From the NCBI RefSeq assembly GCF_964213995.1, contig NW_027590874.1:1-64000 (forward strand): a stretch of 64,000 nt of DNA. The letters run 5' to 3'. Shown here piece by piece: positions 22,232 to 33,865 of the stretch; position 1 is the stretch's first letter; each line of letters opens with the position of its first letter. This stretch comes from Mustelus asterias (Eukaryota). A program made the translations under genes and the position numbers. The notes beneath the pieces are model-generated. The model saw only the letters and a program-made list of their open reading frames with translations, made no database searches and had not been told where the DNA came from.

Positions 22232-22830
22232 GTTGCTGCCTCTAGTCTTATATCACAGAGTGAACTCAGATCAGAGGCAGCTTCAATTATTAGGAAACTG
22301 GGAGGCGTTTCTCAGTGCTGCGATTGGCTCATCTCCCTGAGCTGACGTCAGCTGCGAATCATAAAATCCCTACAGTGCAGAAGGAGGCCATTCGCCCCAT
22401 CGAGTCTGTACCGGTCACAATCCCACCCAGGCCCCACTCCCGCAACTCCGTGTATTTACCCTGCGTATCCCCTGAGACTCGGGTCAATTTAGCATGGCCA
22501 ATCAACCCAACCTGCACATCTTTGGACTGTGGGAGGAATCAGCAGCAGCCGAAGGGGACCCACGTAGACACGGGGAGAACATGCAAACTTCATACAGAAA
22601 GTGATCCGAAGCCGGAATTGAACCCGGGTCCCTGACACTGTGAGACAGCAGCGCTGACCCTTGTGGCATCATGCCGCCCCGTAACCAGTGAAGCAATCAC
22701 TGTTAGTTAATGATTTAATATAGCTGGCACTTTCCAATCACATTCCTTCCCTGGCCGTAAACGTATTTCTAAGTTCCTTGCTCTCTCTCTGCTCTCTCCC
22801 ACATAACCAGTTATTCTGTCTCATTAACTG
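22232..22830 (-). promoter_or_regulatory. Orphan copy of the V7 promoter (split by a SINE at ~22358-22680)
   Basis: 22232-22355 and ~22690-22800 align with 15738-15960. Contains a TATA-like element, ATTGG and a perfect CRE TGACGTCA (22343-22350). No leader or V exon follows. Confidence 0.75.
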
Positions 22831-23220
22831 GTGAACTCGCTTTCCTCAGAACTCAGTCCATCAATCTTTCTGAAGGCAGATCCTTTTTTTCTAATTCAGG
22901 TGAAAAGTGAAACTAATTTAATCATTTATGGGCGACACGGTGGCGCAGTGGTTAGCATTGCTGCCTCACAGCCCCAGGGACGCGGGTTCGATTCCAGCCT
23001 CGGGTCACTGTCTCTGTGGAGTTTGCACTTTCTCCCCGTGTCTGCGTGGGTTTCCTCAGGTGCTCCAGTTTCCTTCCACAGTCCTAAACTGTGCAGGTTT
23101 GCTGGATTGGCCACGCAAGATTACCCTAAGTGTCAGGGGATAGCAGGTTAAATATGTGGGTTACGGGGATAGGGCCTGGGTGGGATTGTTGTCGGGACAG
23201 GCTCGTTGATCCTAATGGCC
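22358..23220. mobile_element. Two HE1/V-SINE-type SINEs (~22358-22680 minus; ~22929-23220 plus)
   Basis: Same head and core motifs as the other copies. Confidence 0.88.
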
Positions 23221-23307
23221 ATGACTCAACATAATCAATAGTAGTGCTGTAAGTGTACCGGGGATAAGTCGTCACTCAACCCTGCACCAGGAAATATTTC
23301 ACGGACT

Positions 23308-23780
23308 CATAACATAGAAACTAGAAGCAGGAGCCTTCTCCGCCAATCATCGTAATCATGGCTGATCATGGAATTCAATATCCTGATCCCCCTTCCCCCT
23401 CGCCCATATCCCTCGACCCCTTTAGCCCCAAGAGCTATATCAAATTTCTTCTTGAAATCAGACAACGTTTTGGCCTCAACTACATTCGGTGGTACTGAAT
23501 TCCATGCATTCAACACTCTCTGGATGAAGGAATTTCCCTTCACCTCAGTTTATCCCTTACCTTCAAAAGATGACGCCTAGTTCTGGATTCCAGCATTGGG
23601 AACAGTCTCCTGAATCCACCCTGTCTAACCCTGTTAGAATTTTATAAGTTTCTATGAGATCCCCTCACTCTTCGAAACCCCAGTGAATATAATCCTAACG
23701 GATTTAATCTCTCGTCATATGACAGACCTGCCATCCCAGGAATCAGCATGGTAAATCTTCACTGTACCCCTCTATTCCCC
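23308..23780 (-). mobile_element. CR1-clade LINE 3' fragment
   Basis: FIQRVLNAWNSVP..VVEA.TL..FKKK.D motif on the minus strand. Confidence 0.85.
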
Positions 23781-24163
23781 AAATAGAAAAGCTCTGATTT
23801 CAATCAGTTATTATTTCTGCTCCACGGACTTGAAAATGGGACAATTCTGAGGCTGCATTTGACAATAGATCACTTTTAAAATGTGTTGCCGGGCAGATAG
23901 GCACCGAATCCAGAATCTTTCTAAGTACAGATTAAGGAAGTTATTCACCCGGGATAATCTGCAGATTTTGTGCGGATGGGGTCGGAGAATGGTTGGATTT
24001 GATCCGGGAATAATAGGACGGCAAATGTGACATTTCACAACACTGACAATGGCTGAGCTCAGTGGGGGAATATTATTCAGCTGGGGCTGTATTGTGGCCT
24101 TCATTTTCTGCGCATTTTCGTTGAGATCCGACTCTTTTTCTCTGACCCTGAAACGTCTGCGTC

Positions 24164-24202
24164 ACTTTTTGTCTGAGGCCCGCGGGAGCCTCACTCACTG
24201 TG
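24164..24202 (-). other. 23-RSS of V8
   Basis: CACAGTG + 23 bp + ACAAAAAGT. Confidence 0.92.
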
Positions 24203-24673
24203 GGTCTCAGTGCACAGTAATACACGGCGCTGTCTCTCATCTTCAAATCTTTCATGGACAAGTGAAAAGTGCTTTGTGTCTGGTTGAGATTCCCGCTGAA
24301 GTGTCCAAAGCCGGGAGCCGTATCGGTAAACCCATAACTATTGGCTCTGAGCAGATACTGAGGAGCTCGGTGTGGATACTGGCGATACCAGAACAGGTCA
24401 TGTTGTGTAGCTGAACTCGGCACAGAGTAACTGCAGGGTATTGCTGAATCTTCACCCTCTGCTGCTTCAACTCCTGGTTCTGACTGGGAAACTGAGTCTC
24501 CATTACTCATCTCTGAAAATAAACAGCGGACACACAGTGGGTTAGGAGTCAGAGGAAGACAATAGTCACACAGCGCTGGGAAAGGGAAATTGCACAAGGT
24601 TTGCAATATACTTTACAATCTGTGACCAGAATCACTGACCTGGGATCAGTGCAATAACTAGAATCAGGAACAT
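24203..24673 (-). CDS. TCR alpha/delta-like V segment V8 (leader exon 24673-24640, intron 24639-24513, V exon 24512-24203)
   Basis: Leader MFLILVIALIP|gtcagt; acceptor tttattttcag. GDSVSQ...IPCSY...LFWYRQYPHRAPQYLL...DSAVYYCALRP. Confidence 0.95.
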
Positions 24674-24999
24674 TTTCACCCCCAGCGTTCCAGTCTGAGC
24701 TCCAGAAACGGAAACAATGATCTCTCTCTGTACCGGACCTGGAATGTGAGAAGTTGAAAGAGTCAACAAGGTGTGGTGCGATTGGCTGGGGTTTATTTCC
24801 CCACCCATTTTTATATCTGCAAATAGTCACTCCCTGCAGAAGGCAACTGTGATGTTCGGTAAGTGATCAGAGAGCGCCCTCCCGTGGACATTACAACCGC
24901 ATTGGGAACAGACGCAGAAACAAGAGCCCAGATATACACACGCCGAGAAATATAAAGACCCAGAAATACCCAGTGCAGCTACAACACGGACACGAGGGA

Positions 25000-25620
25000 A
25001 TAGCCGCTCCACATCCACACCGTTAATACCCCTTATGGTTTCAAAGGTTTCAATGAAGTTATCTCTGAGTCTTCGAAACTCAAGTGGATACAAACCCAAC
25101 ATCAATATTCTCACCGCGGATACAGATAACCCGCACGTACCTGGATACTATTATAGCCAACCTTCTCTGAACGTTTTTTAACGCATTGCCATCTTTCTTT
25201 AGATAAGGAGATACGTATTGTCCGCAATACTCCAGGTGGTGGTCTCACCAATGCCCCGTACAACGGAAACATACCCTTCCTATTTTATAATAGATCCCCT
25301 CGTAGTGAATGATCATATTTTATGACGTTTTTAATTAATTACTATACCTGTACCTTAGCCCCTTTCGATTCGTGCCCTAGGACAGCCCAATCCCTCTGTA
25401 CCTCAGAATTTTGTAATCTTTCACCGTTTAAATATTAAGTGTATTTTATATTCATCCTGCCAATATGGACATTTTCACATTTGACCACATTATACTCAAT
25501 TTGGCGGAGCTTTGCCAATTCACTTAACCTACTTATGTTTCTTTATCGTATCCTTACACGCACTTTATCATTTATCGTCCTACCTATCTTTGTGTTGTCT
25601 GCAAATTTAGCATCCATATC
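25000..25620 (-). mobile_element. Old CR1-clade LINE RT fragment
   Basis: Degenerate KFAD.TK and LEFRRLR..IETF motifs on the minus strand. Confidence 0.7.
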
Positions 25621-25815
25621 TGCTCTGTAAATATTACAGTGTATTCTAACAATTAATCCAGTTCTCCTTGATTACTGCTCTGCTACATATCATCGTGTAT
25701 TCCAACAATTAAAGCAGAGTTCTCCTGCATTACTGCTCTCTATCCTTTAACCGTGTAATTGAATAATTCATCCTGTTCTCATGGATTATGGCTCCCCAAC
25801 ATATCCATGTGTTAT
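25621..25815 (+). repeat. Degenerate ~56-bp tandem repeat, ~3.5 copies
   Basis: Recurring GTGTATT..AACAATTAA..GTTCTC..ATTACTGCTC. Confidence 0.65.
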
Positions 25816-25860
25816 GGAACCTGCTCCTGAAACAGTGAACACAAAAACACGGTGAGGGAT

Positions 25861-25873
25861 CGCCCTCTGGTGG
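25861..25873 (-). promoter_or_regulatory. CTCF motif
   Basis: Minus strand CCACCAGAGGGCG. Confidence 0.6.
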
Positions 25874-26879
25874 TGATGTGAGGTAAATGGGAGATCAGTG
25901 AATTCTCAGGTTACTGAAGGATCTTGTTGCAGGATTTTGCTGCTGTATTTTTTCTTGTTCTCATGATTCTTATTATAATATACTTAAATTCAGGTGGACC
26001 CATGCACGGAACTAATACGAACTTCAGTCTGAATCCTCATCAATTAATTGCTTTATCTGTTTTGAGTGTTCCAGGCCTTTCTGTTAAACTATATTCGTGT
26101 TACAAAATTTGAAACCACAGCAATACTGATAAGATTCGAACTCTCAATAAAGTTCTCTCCACACATCGAAAGGATGTAAATTTGACTCCAACCTCACATT
26201 TATCTGACAGATTGTCGGATTTCAGTGCACCTGCTTCAATTTTAAACTTTCCTCAGAGTTGTCATGATGATATTTTGGCTAACACATCAGCTGTCCCCTA
26301 ATGGGGCTTGGGGAATTTATTGAAATAGGAGACTGGGAGAAATTGCATGTTCTAAATTCTGCACGTTGCTGGAAAACGGTTGAGGGAGAGAGGGGCTTTG
26401 AGACACAGAGAGAGGAGACAGACATTAGCCACCAAAATATTGAGAGTGCAGGATGGACACCGAGGTGAACAGAGACCCAGAGGCGCAGAGAAAGACAGGC
26501 AGGGGCAGGTAAAGTTATTGGGCTACAACCAATATTGTTCGGTGGCCAATTCTTGACAACACTGAGAAACAAGCCAATCCTGTCATTGGGTAACGCCTCT
26601 TAGTCTCCCAATAAATGAGGACTGCCCATGATATAAAATTACTTCTTCACATCAGAGTACAAGAGTTGACATAATTTTACAATTCTGCTGATTTTGTGGA
26701 ATTCTTAAGCTGGGAGCATGTTCTCCCAATGTTCTTCACTACTTTGTCTAGGAAACAATGACTGAACACAGGGGGTGAATGTGAGAAGCTGAAGTTTCCA
26801 CTTGAAGACATTCCCAGTGTCTCTGAGCAGCTGAACTGGGGAAGCCTTTGGGCAGAGACTGTGCTGCTGCTATTGCCCT

Positions 26880-27300
26880 TCCTGGCCACCAGGCGTCGCT
26901 GTAACGCTCCCCGGGGGGGGCTGTTCCTCCCAGTGTCACCTCTTGCCCACTCCGGCCCGGCCCATGCTCGTTGGCGGGACAACAGGGGGACTTGTCGAGG
27001 GGGCGGGGCTACCTGTGCGCATGTGCGGAACGGGAATGCTCCCAGAGGTCAGCGCGCGCGGACGCCGCCGCATTGATGCCGTCTCCCCTGGCAACGCAAG
27101 ATGGTCGCCGCCGACTCCCTTGGCAACGCAAAATGGCCGCCGGCGGTGGGTGTCATTGCGGCGCACGCGCAGTGAGGTCTGTCTGCAGCCATTGTCCAGA
27201 GTGCCCCCAGTGGATGGGGTTGGGATTGTGCAGCAGATGGAGCAACAATCCCAGTTTCAATAGGGGGACAGAAGCTGCAATGCTGCCCCCTGTTGGTCAC
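26880..27300. promoter_or_regulatory. CpG-island promoter-like element (GC box, NRF1-like, 2x RFX+YY1-like unit, CTCF)
   Basis: GGGGCGGGG 27000-27008; TGCGCATGTGC 27016-27026; GTCTCCCCTGGCAAC 27081-27095 and GACTCCCTTGGCAAC 27113-27127; CAAAATGGCCGCC 27129-27141; minus-strand GACCAACAGGGGGCAGCA 27281-27298. Confidence 0.65.
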
Positions 27301-27796
27301 TTCTCCCAGTCTCAGCATTGCAGAGTGTTTAAACAAGAGTGCATTGTCACAGCAGCACCTTGACCTTCAGTTTCAGTTTATTTATTAGTGTCAGAAGTAG
27401 GCTTACATTAACACTACAATGAAGTTACTGTGAGAATCCCCTAGTCGCCCACACTCCGGCGCCTGTTCGGGTTACACTGAGGGAGAATTTAGCACGGCCA
27501 ATGCACCCTAACCGGCACATCTTTCAGACTGTGGGAGGAAACCGGAGCACCCGGAGGAAACCCACGCAGACACGGGGAGGGGACAGCCCGGGGGAAAGCT
27601 CCATTCCAACTGTCCCTGGAGTGTCAGATTAACCTGGGTCACTCACGCACCCCAGGCTAAGACTCACCTCCCTCAGACAGTGAGACCCTCCTGTATCACT
27701 CACCTTACTGTAGTCAGATACCCTCAGACTCAGCACTGGGCCCTGGGCGTGTTCTTTAAATGCTGCGACCTATCGTGGAGGAAAGAATTGGGAGGA

Positions 27797-28437
27797 TTTT
27801 GATTTGATTTGATTTATTATTGTCACATGTATTGGGATACAGTGAAAAGTATTGTTTCTTGTATGCTGTACAGACAAAACATACCGTTCATAGAGTACAT
27901 CGGGGAGAAGTAAAAGAGAGGGTGCAGAATGTAGTGTTGCAGTCATAGGGAGGGTGTAGAGAAAGATAAATCTAATATGTAGCAGGTCCATTCAAAAGTC
28001 TGAGGGCAGCAGGGAAGTTCTTGAGTCGGTTGGTACGTGATCTCAGACTTTGTATCTTTTTCCTGACGGAAGAAGGTGGAAGAGAGAATGTGTGCATCAG
28101 GTCCTTAATTATGCTGGCTGCTTTTCTAAGGCCGCGGGAAGTGTAGACAGAGTCAATGAATGGGAGGCTAGTCTGCGTGATGGACGGGCCTACATTCACG
28201 ACCTTTTGTAATTTCTTGCAGTCTTGGACAGAGCAGAAACCATACCAAGCCGAGATACAGAAAGGATGCTTTCTATGGTGCATCTGTAGAACTTGGTGAG
28301 AGTCGTAGCTGACATGCCAAATTTCCTTAGCCTCCTGAGAAAGTAGACGTGTTGGTGGGCTTTCTCAATTATAGTGTCGGCATGGGGGGACCAGGACAGG
28401 TTGTTGGTGATCTGGACACCTAGAAACTTGAAGTTGA
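27797..28437 (-). mobile_element. Rex/Babar-type LINE 3' fragment
   Basis: FKFLGVQITNNLSWS.H...AHQ.VYFLRRLRKFGMS..TLT.FYRCTIESIL. Confidence 0.85.
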
Positions 28438-28454
28438 GACCCAAATGACAAGTT

Positions 28455-30712
28455 GTCATAGTGTCACAGATGTTTACAGCATGGAAACAGGCCCTTTGGC
28501 CCAACTTGTCATGCTGCCCTTTTTCTTTTAACCCCTAAGCTGGTCCCAATTCCCCACATTTGACCCATATCCCTCTACATCTATCTTACCTATGTAACTG
28601 TCTAAATGCTTTTTAAAAGATAAAATTGTGTCCATCTCTACTACTACCTCTGGCAGCTTGTTCCAGACGCTCATCACTCTCTGTGTGAAAAGATTGCCCC
28701 TCTGGACACTTTTGTATCTCTCCCCTCTCACCTTAAACCCATGCCCTCGAGTTTTAGACTCCCCTACCTTTGGGAAAAGATATTGACTATCTACTGTGTG
28801 TCAACCATAGAATAGCCACAGAATGAAGGAGGCCATTCAGCCCATTCAGCTGGTGTCGACTCTCTGCTAGAGCAATCGAGCCAGTCCCACTGCTCCACCT
28901 TGTCCCTGGAGCCCTGCAAATCTTTTCCCATCAGCTTCCCATCCCATTTCCTCCGGAAAGACAGCGAGGAGCAGAGAGGAAAGAGGGACTTGGGGAATGG
29001 GAGGTTTCATCTGATGTTCTTGTTGGCAGATGCTCTGTGGCGGATAAAGCTGGCAGCCTCCTCCAGAAAGCAGCACAGAGTGAATGGAAGGGGCAGAATG
29101 TGAGTGAGATGAGACACGAGAGAGAGAGAGAGAGGTGAAAGCTTTCTGTTTGTCAGCAAAAAGCACAATGGTGGCCCTGTGTCCTTCAGGGAGCGGCCCA
29201 GGCCTCGCTCAAAGCCTGCCCTGTCCTCACACTCACTGGGAGACGGCCATTTCTAACATGTTGTCCATGTTTCTGAGCTGACACTGAGACAAACACAACA
29301 ACAGCAGCCACTATCCGGACAAGTCCTCACGGAGAATGAAATGTCCAAAGCCACTTCAAAGGAAGATTGCGCGGCAGGATTTGTCCCCGAGCTGCGGAGG
29401 GAGAGATTTGGATGGATGACCAGAAGCTGGGTCAGTGAGGTTGTGTTTTAGCAATGGAGGTCTGGCGAACAGAAAAGGCCCTTCGGCCCATTGCATCTGT
29501 GCTGGTCAAAGACAAATCACCCAACTTGGCTCACGGCCTGGTAAGCCTTGGCATTGCAAATGCATAGCTAAGCACTTCTTAAACGTTCTGAGGGTCTCTG
29601 CCTCCACCACCCTTTCAGGCAGAGAGTTCCAGACTCCCACCACCCTCTGGGTGAAAAAGGTTTTCCTCACATTCCCTGTAAACCTCCTGCCCCTTACCCT
29701 AAATCTATACCCCCTGGTCATTGATCCCACCACCAAGGGGAAAGCTTTCTTCCCGTCTCCTCTATCGATGTCCCTCATAATCTTATCCATCTCCATCATG
29801 TTCCCCCCTCAGCCTCCTCTGCTCCACGGAAAACAACCCCAGGGTGGAATCTTATCACCGTTCAGGCCGGCAGGATTTTCCCATCCCACTGCAGTGAAAG
29901 GAGATTTGGCTGGTCACCAGATTCTCCGACCTCGCTGAGCGGGAGTGTGGCGTCAACAGGTGGTAAGATCACACCCTCAGTCTATAAAATCTCTCTTCAG
30001 TTCGAGTGGCGGCACGGTAGCACAGTGGTTAGCACTGCTGCCTCACAGCGCAAGGGACCCGGGTTCAATTCCGGCCTCGGGTTACTGTCTGTGTGGAGTT
30101 TGCACATTCTCCCCGTGTCTGCGTGGGTTTCCTCCGGGTGCATTGTCCATGCAAAATTGCCCTTAGGGTCCCACGATGTATATGTTAGGGGGATCAGCGG
30201 GAAAATACGTGGGGCTACGGGGTAAGCCTGGGTAAGAGTCCGTGCAGATTTGATGGGTCGAATGGCCTCATTCTGGACTGAAGGGATTCTATGATTCTAT
30301 GAACTAAAACTCTCCAGGCCAGGCAACATCCTGGTGAATCTCCTCTGCACCTTTTCCAGTGCTATCACATCCCTCCTATCCTGTGCATTCCACAACTGCA
30401 CAATGTTTCGATGAGGGGCGGCACAGTGGTTAACACTGCTGCCTCACAGCGCCAGGGACCCGGGTTTGATTCCTGGCTTGGGTCACTGTCAGTGTGGAGT
30501 TTGTACATTCTCCCCGTGTCTGCGTGGGTTTCCACCGGGTGCTGCGGTTTCCTCCCACAGTTCGAAAGACGCGCTGGTTAGGTGTATCAGCCATGCTAAA
30601 TTCTCCCCAAGTTGCCCAAACAGGCGCCAGAGCATGGCGACTACGGATTTTCCACAGTAACTTCATTGCAGTGTTAATGTAACCCTACTTGTGACACTAA
30701 TAAATAAACTTT
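28455..30712. mobile_element. Mosaic of CR1 3' fragments (~28455-28795, ~29470-29840, minus) and SINEs (~30007-30301, ~30415-30712, plus)
   Basis: [14 protein letters not shown] motifs and SINE heads/cores; one non-repeat island at ~28940-29400. Confidence 0.8.
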
Positions 30713-32719
30713 CAAACCCGATACTCGATTCTTTCATGTTGGCCTTGTTCTGTGATAATTAATGCGGATGTTTAGATTATTCAATAGTTCTTTAAGGACA
30801 GCAGACACAGGGGAAAAAAAACATGTGGCTCTGTACACAACAGATATATTTCAAGGGGATATTGCAGCCAGCTGTATCTGAGTGGCAGTAATCTTCCCTC
30901 AGAATCAGACAGATTGTGGGTTCAGCTCAGAGCCTCAAATACTAGGCCCTTAGCATCGATCAGAGACTCCGCGCACAGCATGATGGGAGAGCGGACAAAG
31001 GAAAGTGGTGTTGAATTTGTGAGCCTTGTTTTGTGGAAAGCTTTAGTGTTTGGTCAGAATGTTAATTTTTGAGTGGACCTACCATATATTAAGCTGATCT
31101 TTCTCTATACCCTATCGGTAACTGCAACACTGTATTCTGCACCCTCTCCTCCTGACAGTTTTGTTTTAAACTCTTTATCAATGTCCTTCCAGGTTTAGTG
31201 TGAAGGTTTGTGTTCCACACTGAGCCCCTCTCAGTCTCCACACGGAGCTTGTGTGTGTGCTGATGCTCCTGTCATTTTGGATGGATACTGTGTGAAGCTG
31301 CATTCTCTCCCAGTGAGTTTCTGATCTACTTCACTCTCTCTGCGGCTGGAGCAGTGTCCAGCAGGCAGCAGAGGATGGCAGTGTATCACTGTCAGCACAA
31401 TATAGACAAACAGCCTTTAGCAAGAGAGGCTTTGACCCTTTTTCAAACCAAATCCCCAATTTGATGTTTCCAGCTGCGCTGTTTACAATGCTGCTGAATA
31501 TTGTGTGTCTTTGGTAAACTGGGATGTGTAGCATTCAGTCACATTAAGTGGTCAATAAATACGTCCACACTGTGTATATCTTTCTGTGTGTGTGTGTCAG
31601 CGTGCATGTGTGTCAATGTATTTAAATCTCAAAGGAAAATAGGAGCAGGTGTAGGCCATTTGGCCCATCGATCCTGCGCCAGCATTCAAACAGATCATGA
31701 GGCACGTACGCACACAAAACACGCACACACCAACACACACAAAACACACACACACCAACACACACAAAACACGCACACACACAAAGTACGCACACACAAA
31801 CACACATAAAACACGCACAAAAAGCACACACACAAATTTACACACACAAACACAATAAACACACACACACAAACACACAGAAAAACACACACACACATCA
31901 AACTGACAGTTAGCACTGCTGCCTCACAGTGCCAGGGACTCGGGTTCGGTTCCCGCCTTGGGTCACTGTCTGTGCGGAGTCTGCACGTTCTCCCCGTGTC
32001 TGCGTGGGTTTCCTCCGGGTGCTCCGGTTTCCTCCCACAGTCTGAAAGACGTTCTGGTTCGGGTGCATTGGCCGTGCTAAATTGTCCCTCCGCGTCAGGG
32101 AGACGAGCTCGGGTAAATGCATGGGGTTACGGGAATAGGGCCTGGGTGGGATTGTGGTCGGTGCAGACTCAATGGGCCAAATGGCCTCCTTCTGCACTGC
32201 AGGAGTCTAGGATTCTATGAAAACACACAGAAACAGATATTCTCACCCAGTAACACTCAGACGCACACAGTAATAAACACACACGGAAACATGTCCACAC
32301 ACAAACACGCATGCACACACGCACACAAACACACACACACACACAGATTCCTATTTTATTTCACACAATCGATTTGCGTCTTGAACATGCTGAATGATTG
32401 GGCTTCCACATCCCCCTGGAATAGAAAATTCCAAAGATTCACCACCCTCTGAGTGAAGAAATTTCTCCTCATCTCAGTCTTCAATGGTCTGCCCCTGATT
32501 CTGAGATTGTGTCCCCTGGTTCTAGTCTCACCAGCCAGGGGAAACATCCAATCTACATCCACCCTGTCACACCCTGTACGAATTTTAAGTCTGTTTCAAT
32601 GGGATCGCCTCTCATTCTTCAAGGGTTCAAGGCCGACTTCCGGACTTGATGGCCATGGAAGGTGTGCTCATAACGGGGCCAAACAGCTGGATTATCAAAC
32701 AGTAAATCCTGCCGGGATC

Positions 32720-33131
32720 GTGTATCAGTAAACTCTGCCCGAAACCTCTCTCAGTTATTACAATCTGGGCTTTGTATCAGTAATCTCTGCCCTAAACCTC
32801 TCTCAGTTATTACAATCTGGGCCTTGTATCCGTAAACTCTGCCCGAAACCTCTCTCAGTTATTACAATCTGGGCTTTGTATCAGTAATCTCTGCCATAAA
32901 CCTCTCTCAGTTATTACAATCTGGGCCTGGTATCAGTAATCTCTGCCCGAAACTTCTCTCAGTTATTACAATCTGGGCCTTGTATCAGTAATCTCTGCCT
33001 AAACATCTCTCAGTTATTACAATCTGGGCCTTGTATCAGTAATCTCTGCCCGAAACCTCTCTCAGTTATTACAATCTGGGCCTTGTATCAGTAATCTCTG
33101 TCCTAAAACTCTCTCAGTTATTACAATCTGG
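32720..33131 (+). repeat. 52-bp minisatellite, ~8 units
   Basis: Unit GTATCAGTAA(A/T)CTCTGCCC(G/T)AAACCTCTCTCAGTTATTACAATCTGGGCCTT. Confidence 0.95.
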
Positions 33132-33865
33132 GAAATTTGTGAGCCTTGTTTTGTGGAAAGCTTTAGTGTTTGGTCAGAATGTTAATTTTTGAGTGGACCT
33201 ACCATACATTAAGCTGATCTTTCTATATACCCTATCGGTAACTGCAACACTGTATTCTGCACCCTCTCCTCTCCTTCTCCCGAATGAACTCTATGAACGG
33301 TATGTTTTGTCTGTGTAGCGTGCAAGAAACAATACTTTTCACCGTGTCCCAATACATGGGATAGGGCGACATGGTGGACAGTGTTTAGCACTGCTGCCTC
33401 ACAGCACCAGGAACCCGGGTTCAATTCTCGGTTGGGAGTTGAGTTTGCACATTCTCCCTGTGTCTGCGTGGGTTTCCTCCGGGTGCCCCGGTTTCCTTCC
33501 ACAGTCCAAAGATGTGCAGATTAGGTGGAATCTGAGACGCTACAGAAGCAGGGTAAAGATTTGAAAATGAAGTGTTTCTTACCCACTTTTAAAAGACAAT
33601 CCACATTCGCACCAGTCACATTTCACACACTCTGCTCAGTCCTGTGTTGGGGGGGTGTTTAGTGCGGGATCAGTGTTTGCTTTTCTCAAACCGCAGTGAT
33701 ATTCTCAACAAGGGCACGAGGTTTCAGTGTTTAAACATGTAAAGATTACAAAACTAAACCAGACAGAAAGTGATGAGGCCTCACACCTTCAATGTAGTAA
33801 TCTTTGCTCAGAGTCAGAGAGATTGTGGGTTCAGGTCAGAGCCTGAAATACTAGGCCCTTAGCAT

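Noticed and set aside
33769-33846. C/D-box snoRNA (GTGATGA...CTGA), also at ~35373-35449
   Set aside because: The copies diverge completely ~30 nt after the C-like box, and I see no proper terminal stem or recognisable guide.
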